NCBI GenBank assembly: GCA_013202295.1
Contig: JABMRT010000101.1
Location: forward strand, 3,241 to 67,240
From: Candidatus Zhuqueibacterota bacterium
GTDB lineage: Bacteria; Zhuqueibacterota; QNDG01; JABMRT01
Reading direction: 5' to 3'
Length of the DNA: 64,000 nt
This document shows, piece by piece, positions 42,320 to 51,958 of this stretch (the first letter of the stretch is position 1; the number at the start of each line of letters is the position of its first letter). The translations under genes and the position numbers were made by a program. A model generated the notes under the pieces. The model was not told where the DNA came from. It worked only from the letters and a program-made list of their open reading frames with translations, and ran no database searches.

Positions 42320-43576
42320 TTATCTTGATGGGGATATTTCATAAAAATGTTTTATATGCGTATAGAGAGCGGTTTCCTCATATCCCTCAACCTCAAGAAG
42401 CATTTCGAAATATGGGGGAACAGAACCATTGAGTGCTGTTATTTCCTCATACAATCGGTTGAGTGATGAATTTTCAATAATCTTTTTTATCACCTCCATC
42501 CGACCAATTTGGTGGAATGAGACGACAAAAAGACAAATATTGTCTTGGGGACCAGGTACCAAGGAAAATATAACATAATCTTTAGTATATTTATTTTCAT
42601 TTGATCCAGGATGGATAAATGTATAAGTAGTATCAATTTCATTGTTATAAAAACGAATTTGTCTCAATGAAGATTTTGGAATAGCTGCCGTATACTCTTT
42701 AAAATGTAAAGCTGGAAATATTTCATTCATATTATTTAAATTGTGAAAATGCCCAATATAAATGACATTGTAATTTTTTAAATCTTCCCACTCAATTTCG
42801 TCAGAGGTTTTCCAATAAAATGGCTTCGAATTTATAGTAAAAATCGGCTGAATTCTTGACAGATTCCATAAGCTCGACTTGGGAAGGATGTCCCAGTCAG
42901 ATTCTATATAATTTTCATTATCAAGAGCATATCGACCAATGAACGCTTCAAGATCATCTAAAGATCCAATTTTGTCATCTCTGACAAGCCGGAAACTATT
43001 TAATTCTTCTTGGTATTCATTAAATGCATATAAATTTCCAAATGTTAGAATGGTTGGGAACTCACTTGTCAGAAAATCGGACCATATGAAACTGGATTCA
43101 TTCACAGAGTTCTTAGAAACGATTGTCTTTATTATTGTTTTATTGGTATACCACAGATAAAATATCAGAATAAGAAAAATAAGGATGGTAAAAACAAAGA
43201 ATCGTATTAACAGTGTTGTTTTCCTCCCCTCATTTTCCTCCCTATTACTCTTTGAAGCTGATTCAAAAACGACATGATAGTGCCCCTTGGGAATCGTCAG
43301 TTGTATCTTGTCATTTTTACCTTCCTCTTTATAATACTCTTCTAATTTTTTCCTTAGCTTATAAATATGTACACGAACCAAGGTGTCTTCGAATGGATCA
43401 AATGTATCATCTTTGTCCAATGCCTGAATTGCTATATCAATTTCATTAGGTAATTTCCCCTTCAAGGAACATTCAACCAAATAAGTAAGAATCTTTTTAT
43501 ATGTCTCACTTTTAGCAAACGATGGACTGAGTAATATACTCTTAAGTACACTTTGTTGTATATTTCTTTTAATCAT
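42320..43576 (-). CDS. ToxR/CadC-like membrane-anchored transcriptional regulator (N-terminal OmpR/PhoB-type winged helix, one TM, ~250-aa periplasmic domain); low-GC gene
   Basis: YKKILTYLVECSLKGKLPNEIDIAIQALDKDDTFDPFEDTLVRVHIYKLRKKLEEYY resembles trans_reg_C; TM LLIRFFVFTILIFLILIFYLWY. Confidence 0.6.
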   Translation of the reverse strand: MIKRNIQQSVLKSILLSPSFAKSETYKKILTYLVECSLKGKLPNEIDIAIQALDKDDTFDPFEDTLVRVHIYKLRKKLEEYYKEEGKNDKIQLTIPKGHYHVVFESASKSNREENEGRKTTLLIRFFVFTILIFLILIFYLWYTNKTIIKTIVSKNSVNESSFIWSDFLTSEFPTILTFGNLYAFNEYQEELNSFRLVRDDKIGSLDDLEAFIGRYALDNENYIESDWDILPKSSLWNLSRIQPIFTINSKPFYWKTSDEIEWEDLKNYNVIYIGHFHNLNNMNEIFPALHFKEYTAAIPKSSLRQIRFYNNEIDTTYTFIHPGSNENKYTKDYVIFSLVPGPQDNICLFVVSFHQIGRMEVIKKIIENSSLNRLYEEITALNGSVPPYFEMLLEVEGYEETALYTHIKHFYEISPSR

Positions 43577-44038
43577 TCGGTTTTAGTAAGCCTCTCATAT
43601 TGGGTATATATGGATTTTTAAATATATCATTGAATCACAATGATGTCAAGATATTATTGGATTATTATCCAAGTCCCAATAAGTGATTTCTGTTCACCTC
43701 TTACCATATCATTACAATTTTGCCAAATATTGATCATCTAATTCACTCACAAGTGGCATTATTTGATGAATTCTTAATAGAGTGAATTTCTTTATATATC
43801 AAATTTCAACGTCACTGGCAAACCGTTCACTGTACAATTCACAGTGTACTCTTTGCATTTATATAGTGTGTCCATTTGTCCTGATTTCCGGATATATAAT
43901 GCACAATAGGATCATACTTATTCAATTAAATAATCGGTGCTAATCATGATTAATTAACAATTAAGGCATGCTTCCAGCTTTAATGAAAATAACTGTTAAT
44001 AGATTTCGAGTGCAACAGAGTATTAATAGTTTAATTTC

Positions 44039-44090
44039 GTTCACCTACACATTCACGTGAACCTGAGGTGAATTCACATTGATTCACTTG
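44039..44090. promoter_or_regulatory. Cluster of TTCAC direct repeats and two perfect palindromes (TTCACGTGAA, GTGAATTCAC): candidate operator in divergent AT-rich intergenic region
   Basis: gTTCACctacacaTTCACgtgaacctgagGTGAATTCACattgaTTCAC; near-identical gTTCACtgtacaaTTCAC at 43825-43842. Confidence 0.35.
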
Positions 44091-44155
44091 ATTTTTATAC
44101 TATAAATCCTTATTAAGATACACGATTCTTACAATAAAATTAGTGAAAATTACTC

Positions 44156-44989
44156 ATGCATACAAAACGTATTGGGATAATTGTTCCTGAACTAAAACAC
44201 ACATTTTTTGCAGCTATTCTTGATGGTATTCAGGATGCAGCTTCCGAAGAAGGATTCATCATTTGTGTTGGACAATCCAAGGAAGATTATCGTCGGGAAA
44301 AGACTGAAATTGAATCATTGCTTTTATATGGCATAGATGGTTTGCTTGTTTCTGTTTCTCAAAACACGAAAAAAACAGATCATTTCCAACGCGTTCTGGA
44401 TGAATCAATACCTCTCGTATTCTTTGATCGGGTTTGCCAGAATCTGAACACGAGTTATGTGGTTGTGGATGATTTCGATGGAGCTTTCAAAGCGACTGAA
44501 CATCTGATATTATCTGGATATAAACAGATTGCTCATATCGGAGGCCCGCAATTTATTTCCAACATGAAAAATCGTTATAAGGGTTATCAAGCCGCACTCA
44601 AAAAATATGAATTCCCTTTTCAACAGGAACTTGTCGTATTTGGCAACCTGGATGAAGATTCTGGAACGATTGGAATGAAAACGCTTCTCAAACTCTCAAA
44701 AAATCCGGATGCTGTTTTTGCTGTGAACGATCCTGTTGCAATAGGTGCGCTATTTCAAATAAAAAAAGCCGGATTAAATATTCACGATGATATTGCACTG
44801 GTTGGTTTTAGTGATAATCCGATTGCCGCATTAATTGATCCCCCCTTGACTACTGTCGCTCAACCCCGGTATGAGATTGGTAGAATTGCTGCCAAAATGC
44901 TTATTGATCAAATAAATAATAATAGTATGAGTTCACCACCTATCGAAAGAGTTTTGAAAACTAAATTGATTATTCGACAATCGAGTTGA
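44156..44989 (+). CDS. LacI/GalR-family periplasmic-binding-fold (ligand-binding) domain protein lacking the N-terminal HTH
   Basis: IGIIVPELKHTFFAAILDGIQDAAS...GIDGLLVSVSQ...DDIALVGFSDNPIAALIDPPLTTVAQP typical LacI sugar-binding core; in-frame stop 12 nt upstream of ATG, no HTH in any frame upstream. Confidence 0.65.
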   Translation: MHTKRIGIIVPELKHTFFAAILDGIQDAASEEGFIICVGQSKEDYRREKTEIESLLLYGIDGLLVSVSQNTKKTDHFQRVLDESIPLVFFDRVCQNLNTSYVVVDDFDGAFKATEHLILSGYKQIAHIGGPQFISNMKNRYKGYQAALKKYEFPFQQELVVFGNLDEDSGTIGMKTLLKLSKNPDAVFAVNDPVAIGALFQIKKAGLNIHDDIALVGFSDNPIAALIDPPLTTVAQPRYEIGRIAAKMLIDQINNNSMSSPPIERVLKTKLIIRQSS

Positions 44990-45187
44990 CTTATGAATAA
45001 TATATGGAGGTATTATCATGTTCTTTTATTGCAGAGATCCATAGAGCGCATTAGATTAAGTTAATTTAATCAAATTTATTCTCAAACAAGTAGATTGATT
45101 ATCTGTTGTATGAAATGGATGGAATTGTGAATACCCAATAATGATAAGGACAAATGTCATATTAAAACCATTCAAGGAGAGAAGAGG

Positions 45188-46693
45188 ATGAACACAACAA
45201 ATATACATAAAATTGTCGCGGTTCTATCAACTCTTTTATTAATTGTTTTTTTACCATTATACCTGTCGGCCCAAGTACTTATTGATATTGAAAATCCAAG
45301 TTTTGAACTGCCTGGCGATGCAAAACACACCAATTTTGATGATGTGCCCGGCTGGAGCACAGACAGCACATGTACAGATTCCGGTGTAGAGGAAAGCGAC
45401 TCTGCGACTGATGGCGCATGGGCTGGATTTATGATGAGTGGCGATCCGTCAGTCTGGCAATTAACAGACCATGTGATAGCAGCAGGAGAATTCATTGAGT
45501 TGCATGTTGATGTATGGGTTACCTGGATTGCCGAGGGCGTAACCATTGGATTGTACTATGATAATGCCGGTGAACGTGTAGAGCTCAACTCCACTGAAAT
45601 CGCTGTGACATCTGATATGACAGGATATTCTGTTGGTTTTTACGCTGATGATACACCTGCGGCGATCGGTAATACTGTGGGTATTGAGTTACAGAATTCA
45701 ACAGCAAGCGCTAGTACCTGGGTGGGTATGGATAATGTGCGTTTATATAATATGATCGCTCTGGACATTGTAATGGTTGAAAAAGTGGATGCGCCGGTTG
45801 TCATTGATGGTGTAATTGATGAAGTCTGGGACAACATTCTCGGCAATATCGTGAGAAATGTTGTTGTCAATACTATCGACGACCCACTTGATAACGAGGG
45901 TCGATGGAAAGCATTATATGACAATGATTATCTATATTTGGCATTTACAGTGACCGATGATGAACTGAATGATGACAGTGATGGCGTTAACGAACATGAT
46001 GACGGACTCGACATTGTTTTAGATACGGATAATGAAGATGAAACCTCTCCCGTTCCGGAAGATATGGATGATTTTGTATTGACAGCTGAATATTCATCCA
46101 CGGGTGATTGTGCTGTGAGCGGTGAAAAATGGTCTTTTGCTACACTGGATGTGGAGGGTATAGAAGCGAAATGCATGGACACTTCCGAAGGATATGATAT
46201 GGAAGTGGCCATTCCCCTAGAAAATCTGGATCTCTATGGCGATGAGTTGATTGGATTTGGAATTCGAATCAATGATGATGATGACGGAGATGATCGGGAT
46301 TCACAAATTGCCTGGTTCATGACTGATGCAGGTAATTGGAATAATCCATCAGCTCTGGCGGATCTTGAGTTTGTTGTTCCAACAGGAGTTAAAGAATCGC
46401 CAGCTATTGCCAGGGGATTTCAATTGAATCAGAATTATCCAAATCCATTTAATCCTCGTACAACGATCGATTATGAATTAAATATAAGTGGAATGGTGAC
46501 AGTGGAGATCTATAACGTACTTGGTCAATCCGTTAAAATATTAGTAAATCAGCATTTGGAAGCAGGATTTTATCAAACGAATTGGGATGCTACGGATAAA
46601 TTTGGCCAGAAAGTCAATAGCGGAGTCTATTTCTGTAAATTGACGACTCCAAATAAATTCTCTCTGGTTAAAAAAATGGTACTGCTCAAGTAG
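45188..46693 (+). CDS. Secreted carbohydrate-binding-module protein (CBM4_9-like + CBM9-like) with T9SS sorting domain
   Basis: Signal peptide; VVIDGVIDEVWDN...DNDYLYLAFTVTDDEL; C-term LNQNYPNPFNPRTTIDYELNISGMVTVEIYNVLGQSV. Confidence 0.65.
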   Translation: MNTTNIHKIVAVLSTLLLIVFLPLYLSAQVLIDIENPSFELPGDAKHTNFDDVPGWSTDSTCTDSGVEESDSATDGAWAGFMMSGDPSVWQLTDHVIAAGEFIELHVDVWVTWIAEGVTIGLYYDNAGERVELNSTEIAVTSDMTGYSVGFYADDTPAAIGNTVGIELQNSTASASTWVGMDNVRLYNMIALDIVMVEKVDAPVVIDGVIDEVWDNILGNIVRNVVVNTIDDPLDNEGRWKALYDNDYLYLAFTVTDDELNDDSDGVNEHDDGLDIVLDTDNEDETSPVPEDMDDFVLTAEYSSTGDCAVSGEKWSFATLDVEGIEAKCMDTSEGYDMEVAIPLENLDLYGDELIGFGIRINDDDDGDDRDSQIAWFMTDAGNWNNPSALADLEFVVPTGVKESPAIARGFQLNQNYPNPFNPRTTIDYELNISGMVTVEIYNVLGQSVKILVNQHLEAGFYQTNWDATDKFGQKVNSGVYFCKLTTPNKFSLVKKMVLLK

Positions 46694-46782
46694 AATTTAT
46701 CAGTATCCATTGTTCTCTAGTATTAGAGAAGCATTTGTGTCCAAAAATAAAGCCCCATACTCCTCTCTTGTTGGTATGGTCC

Positions 46783-46840
46783 AGTACCGGATGGAATGAC
46801 ATTTTAATCTCTCAATCTCTCTCTCATTCCATCCGGTACT
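46783..46840 (+). other. Long perfect inverted repeat (17-bp stem, 24-nt loop) in intergenic region; possible terminator/regulatory RNA structure
   Basis: agtaccggatggaatga...tcattccatccggtact. Confidence 0.4.
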
Positions 46841-46954
46841 CATTAATTCAGCCATGTGCTGAGCTTAGGATATTAAATCATATGGAGGATTACTATGATA
46901 TGATGATTCTTGTCTGTTCACTAACTTTGATCAATAAACAAATGGAGGTGTACC

Positions 46955-48412
46955 ATGAAGCAGGTTAGTATTTTAATTCCTTTGGCATGTTTACTTTTTG
47001 CGGTTGCTTTAACCGCTCAAATACCGGGAGAACTGCCAATCACAAATCCCGGTTTTGAAGCCGGTGATGCAAGCGGCTGGAATATGTGGCCGGGTGACGA
47101 TCCCAAAGTCAGCATTGTGACTGACATGGTATCAGAAGGCGTAAACGCAGCAAAAATATCCGGTGGCTCAGGAGCGGTTTACAAGATGGTATCCGGTGAA
47201 GTTGATATTGTTGTTGGTACATTTTATTGCATTGTAGCCGATGTTCTGATTCCGTCCGCCGATCCCCTACAGGAGGGACAAAGTGTGTACCTTGCGGGTA
47301 AAGCGGAAGGTTCGGCCACCGAATGGTTTGAGTCTCCAAAGGTCATCACCTCTGCTGATGATGCGGACACCTGGTATCGATTGTCTGTCGGTCTGACCTA
47401 TCCGGCGGATGCGATCGGACTCAACGCTGAATTCAAATGGACCGGGACCGGATCCGACGATCCCGGATGTGTTTATGTGGACAATGTCAAGGTCATTCGC
47501 ATGGAACCTATGCCGGATATAATCAATTTGGGATTTGAGGAACCTGAAGATTCCCTCTTCACCGGGGACATCGGCTGGTGGACCTGGTCCTATGGTCCTG
47601 TATCCCCTCCGGCAGGTGAAGAGGCCTGGTTTGAAGAAGGGATCAGCCATGATGACGGCGAAAGGGCGCTTGCCATAAGCGCGACGGATTGGTATTCATT
47701 TTATGATTTCTACTGGTGGGGCGGGTACTATAGCTGGACCGGGCAAACACCCTATCCTGAGGGTTACATTAATGGCGGTGATAATTTTTACATGAGCGGC
47801 TGGGTCATGACTCCTGCGACAGACCCGCTCGATGGCGTGGTTGATGTCGCACTTGAACTGACTTTTAAAGGTCCTGGCGGTAATCTGTCAAATATGGGGT
47901 ATGAGGAAGGTAGAGTATGGTCTGAAAACACACTCACTGAAAACTCGACCAGTGATGAATGGCATTTCCTGGAAGCGTTCATCACATGTCCTGAATTGGC
48001 TCCGGAAGATACATGTGATCGAATCGATTTTAATTTTGTGCTCCGACAATACGGCGAGGCTTGGGGTATTGCATTTGCCGATGATGTCTTCATTGCAAGA
48101 GGTGTCTCAGCACCGAATGATGTCAAAGATGAGCCTGGTCGCATTCCAACTGGATTGTCTTTGTCTCAAAACTATCCAAATCCGTTTAATCCGGCAACAA
48201 ACATCTCCTATTCTATTGACCGCACCCAGTATGTCAATGTAACGGTCTATGATATCTTGGGTAAAGAAATCGCTGTATTGCAGGATGGAGTCCAGAATAT
48301 GGGGCAGCACAATGTTACGTTTGACGCCTCGGATCTGTCCAGCGGGATTTATATTTATCGGCTGAAAACGGAAAATCAAACAGTAAACAAACGAATGGTG
48401 TTGATGCAGTAA
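46955..48412 (+). CDS. Secreted CBM4_9-like domain protein with T9SS sorting domain
   Basis: Signal peptide; GFEAGDASGWNMWPG; C-term LSQNYPNPFNPATNISYSIDRTQYVNVTVYDILGKEI. Confidence 0.65.
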   Translation: MKQVSILIPLACLLFAVALTAQIPGELPITNPGFEAGDASGWNMWPGDDPKVSIVTDMVSEGVNAAKISGGSGAVYKMVSGEVDIVVGTFYCIVADVLIPSADPLQEGQSVYLAGKAEGSATEWFESPKVITSADDADTWYRLSVGLTYPADAIGLNAEFKWTGTGSDDPGCVYVDNVKVIRMEPMPDIINLGFEEPEDSLFTGDIGWWTWSYGPVSPPAGEEAWFEEGISHDDGERALAISATDWYSFYDFYWWGGYYSWTGQTPYPEGYINGGDNFYMSGWVMTPATDPLDGVVDVALELTFKGPGGNLSNMGYEEGRVWSENTLTENSTSDEWHFLEAFITCPELAPEDTCDRIDFNFVLRQYGEAWGIAFADDVFIARGVSAPNDVKDEPGRIPTGLSLSQNYPNPFNPATNISYSIDRTQYVNVTVYDILGKEIAVLQDGVQNMGQHNVTFDASDLSSGIYIYRLKTENQTVNKRMVLMQ

Positions 48413-48552
48413 ATCTATTTTTACGGATTATGTTCAGTGACATACAGCAATCCGAACACGACTGATAACCATCTTCCTACCACAGGGGCAGGCGACTTGT
48501 ACCTCATAGTTAAGTCGTCTGCCTAATATAAATTGGGAGATTTGATAAGAAA

Positions 48553-50100
48553 ATGAGCAAGAAAATGAAATTTCAGATCACTACGATACTTTTATTGACT
48601 CTTTGTGTCACTTTGATAATATCATGTGCCAACAAAGATGCCATTGCAAATCCTGGAACGAACTCAAATAACATAAAAATCTATTATATTGACGGAGATT
48701 CCGGCCATGATGACAATGACGGTCTGTCACCGGAATCAGCCTGGAAAAGTCTGGACATGGTCAATGGCCTGGATCTGAAGCCCGGCTGGCAGATTCTCCT
48801 CAAAACAGGGACTATATACAATGGCAGGCTGGTACCAAAAGGATCCGGAGCGGAGGGGCATCCTATCATCATCGATAAGTACGGTGAAGGGGAAAAACCG
48901 CGAATCGATGCCTGGGGCAAACATCCTGAAACGCTTTTACTCAGCAATATCGAGTATTATGAAATCAGCAATCTGGAAATTACCAACCATGGTGGAACAC
49001 GGGCAGCGGGACGCAAAGGTGTTCATGTCACGGTTCAGGACATGGGTGTGGCCCGGCATATTCACCTGAAAAATCTGTATGTGCATGATGTGAATGGCAG
49101 CAATGTCAAGGATGAGGGTGGAGGATATGGCATTCACTGGAGCTGCTCGGGTGACAATGCAAGATTCGATGATCTTCTGATCGCGAATTGCCATTTGGTT
49201 CGGACTGACCGAAATGGGATTACAGGATGGGCGACGGCCTATAGCCCCGGTGGGGATAACTGGAATCCGAGCACAAATGTGGTCATCCGTAATAACCTTC
49301 TGGAAAATATTGGTGGAGACGGGATTGTCCCAATCGGCACGGATGGGTGTCTGGTAGAATACAATACATTGCAGGGCGGCCGTATGCGCGCAGAAGATTA
49401 TGCAGCGGGTATTTGGCCCTGGGGTTGCACGAATACAGTCATTCAGTACAATGAAGTCTCCGGCATGAAAGGAACCAAGGACGGTCAGAGTTTTGATTGT
49501 GATTACGAATGCAGCGGTACGATCATTCAGTATAACTACAGTCATGATAATGATGGCGGATTCCTCCTGGTATGTGGTCCGGCACGGAGTGATTATGGGT
49601 GCCGGGACTCTATCATCCGGTACAATATCAGCCAGAATGATGGCAGCGATTCGAGAATTTTTCATATCAGCGGCGGCAGCGTGAGCAATACACGAATTTA
49701 TAATAACACGATCTATTCTAATCTTGTTAATACACTCATCAAAATGGATAACTGGGAGGGTTGGCCTGAAAACACCTATTTTTATAACAATATTTTTTAT
49801 ATCCCAGGCAGAGCACGTTATTCATGGGGTCAGGCAACCGGAACGGTTTTTAAAAACAATGTGTTTTTTGGAAATCATACCCGACCACCTGATGATGTTG
49901 ATGGAATCACAGAAGATCCTTTGTTAGTCAATCCGGGGAGTGGTTATGATGGTTTTGACACCTTGGATGGATATAAATTGAAAGATGAATCTCCATGCAT
50001 CCGTAGCGGTAAAATAATTTCCGATAATGGCAGGCTGGATTTCTGGGGAAATCCTGTCCCTTCGGATGAGAAGCCGACAATTGGGGCTCATCAGAAATAA
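48553..50100 (+). CDS. Right-handed parallel beta-helix repeat lipoprotein (polysaccharide lyase/hydrolase-like)
   Basis: Lipobox LIISC; repeated beta-helix rungs (NLLENIGGDGI, IIQYNYSHDNDGG, IIRYNISQNDGS, RIYNNTIYSN). Confidence 0.6.
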   Translation: MSKKMKFQITTILLLTLCVTLIISCANKDAIANPGTNSNNIKIYYIDGDSGHDDNDGLSPESAWKSLDMVNGLDLKPGWQILLKTGTIYNGRLVPKGSGAEGHPIIIDKYGEGEKPRIDAWGKHPETLLLSNIEYYEISNLEITNHGGTRAAGRKGVHVTVQDMGVARHIHLKNLYVHDVNGSNVKDEGGGYGIHWSCSGDNARFDDLLIANCHLVRTDRNGITGWATAYSPGGDNWNPSTNVVIRNNLLENIGGDGIVPIGTDGCLVEYNTLQGGRMRAEDYAAGIWPWGCTNTVIQYNEVSGMKGTKDGQSFDCDYECSGTIIQYNYSHDNDGGFLLVCGPARSDYGCRDSIIRYNISQNDGSDSRIFHISGGSVSNTRIYNNTIYSNLVNTLIKMDNWEGWPENTYFYNNIFYIPGRARYSWGQATGTVFKNNVFFGNHTRPPDDVDGITEDPLLVNPGSGYDGFDTLDGYKLKDESPCIRSGKIISDNGRLDFWGNPVPSDEKPTIGAHQK

Positions 50101-50369
50101 ACAGAATACAATAACTCGAAAAACATCGAGATTCAATGAGCGTAAAGTGTTGGACAAGCCGTTACCATGCAGTCCGACGTGACAGGAGATTATTTTCGGG
50201 GGACATATAACTCGAAGTAATTGATATTATAGATAGAGCATCAAGTTGTTTTTTCAGAATATACGTAAATAACCGAAAAGAAAGAATGGATTACACAGAT
50301 ATAGACAGAGATAAACCGATGAGTTGTTATCGTCGGATTTGCTGCATAACGAAATCCAATAAGTTCTCC

Positions 50370-51902
50370 ATGATTTCATTGGTAAGATTTACTTATTGGA
50401 TTGCTTTGGTACTCATTTCAATAATGTTTCATACTTCCTGCAAGAAAAAAAATCCCGTAATACTTGATAATGAAGTAGCAGTCGTGATCCCTATAAAGCC
50501 TCATGGAATTCCTCAATCGACAAATTATACGGTTTGGGTGAATGATGACACCGTTTTTACAGGCCAAGCGGGTAATGAATCTCATAAAACCTATTCCTTC
50601 TGCACATTCGACTTTAGCGGAAGTGTTACTGTTCGCGTGAATTCGGAAATCTCTATCCGAACGATTGATATTCTACCTACTTCAAAAGAAATTAGTTATA
50701 CAATACTGGATAGTAAAACTGTGGAATTCACACTTCAGCGGCCGGAAATGATAACTTTGAAGTTGAATGACAGTAATAACCATACACTTCATTTTTTAAC
50801 AAGCCATCCGGAAACTGATAGGCCGGATCCGGAAAATACAAACGTACTCTATTATGCCGGACCCGGGGAATATGACGTGGGTATACTGGAATTAGCAAGC
50901 AACCAAACCTTGTATATCGAAGCCGGTGCCAAGTTGAATGGCATGGTTCTGATAAAAGATGCACAAAATGTAAAAGTTAAGGGAAGAGGGATGATCGACG
51001 GAACATACAATGAGTTCATAGGGAATCATCCTGAAGGTGACGCGCCCTGGAGACTGGTCTACATGGTCCGTTCGCAAAATATAGTGATTGAGGGCATTAC
51101 GCTATATAATAGTCGCAGCTGGACCATCCACCCCTATTCATGTAATAATTTATGGATTAACAATATCCGGATTCTCAATTGGGAATATGGATCTGATGGA
51201 ACAGATATATCTGCCTGTCAGGAAGTAAAGATCACCGATTCCTTTTACAGGACCAATGATGATCCGATCGCCATAAAAGCATTGAGTTTCGCTGAGAATG
51301 CCTTTTATCCCAATCCAATGATACAGAATATGGATGTGAAGAACATCCTTGTGGAGGGCTGTACCATATGGAATATGTCCTGGGGGAATGTATTTGAAAT
51401 CGGCTACGAACTTAGATGCAATCGGGTCAGTGACATCACTTTCAGGAATTGCGATGCGATCAGGCAGGGCGGCCGCGGTGCCGTATTCAGCATTCACAAC
51501 GCGGATGTCGCTACTGTGGAAAACGTACTTTATGAAGATATTCGAGTCGAAAATGCCGAGGCAGGAATGATTGGCTGCAAGTTGTTTGACCTGGCCATTT
51601 TTTATTCTCTGTTCAGTTATGATTCGGATTGGGGAGATATCAAGCCCAATGAACATTGGGATAATTTGCTGCCTGAACGGGGTATTCCAATCTACAGGGG
51701 AAAAATCAGCAATATAATTTATCGCAACATACAGGTAATGGATGGTAATTTCCCCTACTCAATATTTCATGGTTACGATCAGTTTCATACTATTGAGAGT
51801 GTACTGTTTGAAAATATTACGATTGGGAGCACACAAATTGAAAATAAAGATGAACTGAAACTGGAAATAAATGAGTATGTTGAAAATGTTCAATTCAATT
51901 AG
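50370..51902 (+). CDS. Pectin-lyase-fold glycoside hydrolase, GH28-like, lipoprotein
   Basis: GSDGTDI and RTNDDPIAIKA resemble GH28 NTDG / G(D/H)DCIAIK blocks; probable start at internal Met (lipobox FHTSC). Confidence 0.5.
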   Translation: MISLVRFTYWIALVLISIMFHTSCKKKNPVILDNEVAVVIPIKPHGIPQSTNYTVWVNDDTVFTGQAGNESHKTYSFCTFDFSGSVTVRVNSEISIRTIDILPTSKEISYTILDSKTVEFTLQRPEMITLKLNDSNNHTLHFLTSHPETDRPDPENTNVLYYAGPGEYDVGILELASNQTLYIEAGAKLNGMVLIKDAQNVKVKGRGMIDGTYNEFIGNHPEGDAPWRLVYMVRSQNIVIEGITLYNSRSWTIHPYSCNNLWINNIRILNWEYGSDGTDISACQEVKITDSFYRTNDDPIAIKALSFAENAFYPNPMIQNMDVKNILVEGCTIWNMSWGNVFEIGYELRCNRVSDITFRNCDAIRQGGRGAVFSIHNADVATVENVLYEDIRVENAEAGMIGCKLFDLAIFYSLFSYDSDWGDIKPNEHWDNLLPERGIPIYRGKISNIIYRNIQVMDGNFPYSIFHGYDQFHTIESVLFENITIGSTQIENKDELKLEINEYVENVQFN

Positions 51903-51958
51903 GAGAGAAAAAATAAATGATGTTCTCAACTGTGCTGTAATAATCGAAAGGTACTGAC

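Noticed and set aside
48937-49665. 242-aa minus-strand ORF inside beta-helix gene (also 51150..51656, 59121..59669, 60962..61567, 61766..62320, 16631..17218, 58690..59232)
   Set aside because: All lie antisense or out-of-frame within strongly supported long genes and show low-complexity Ile/Arg-rich translations.
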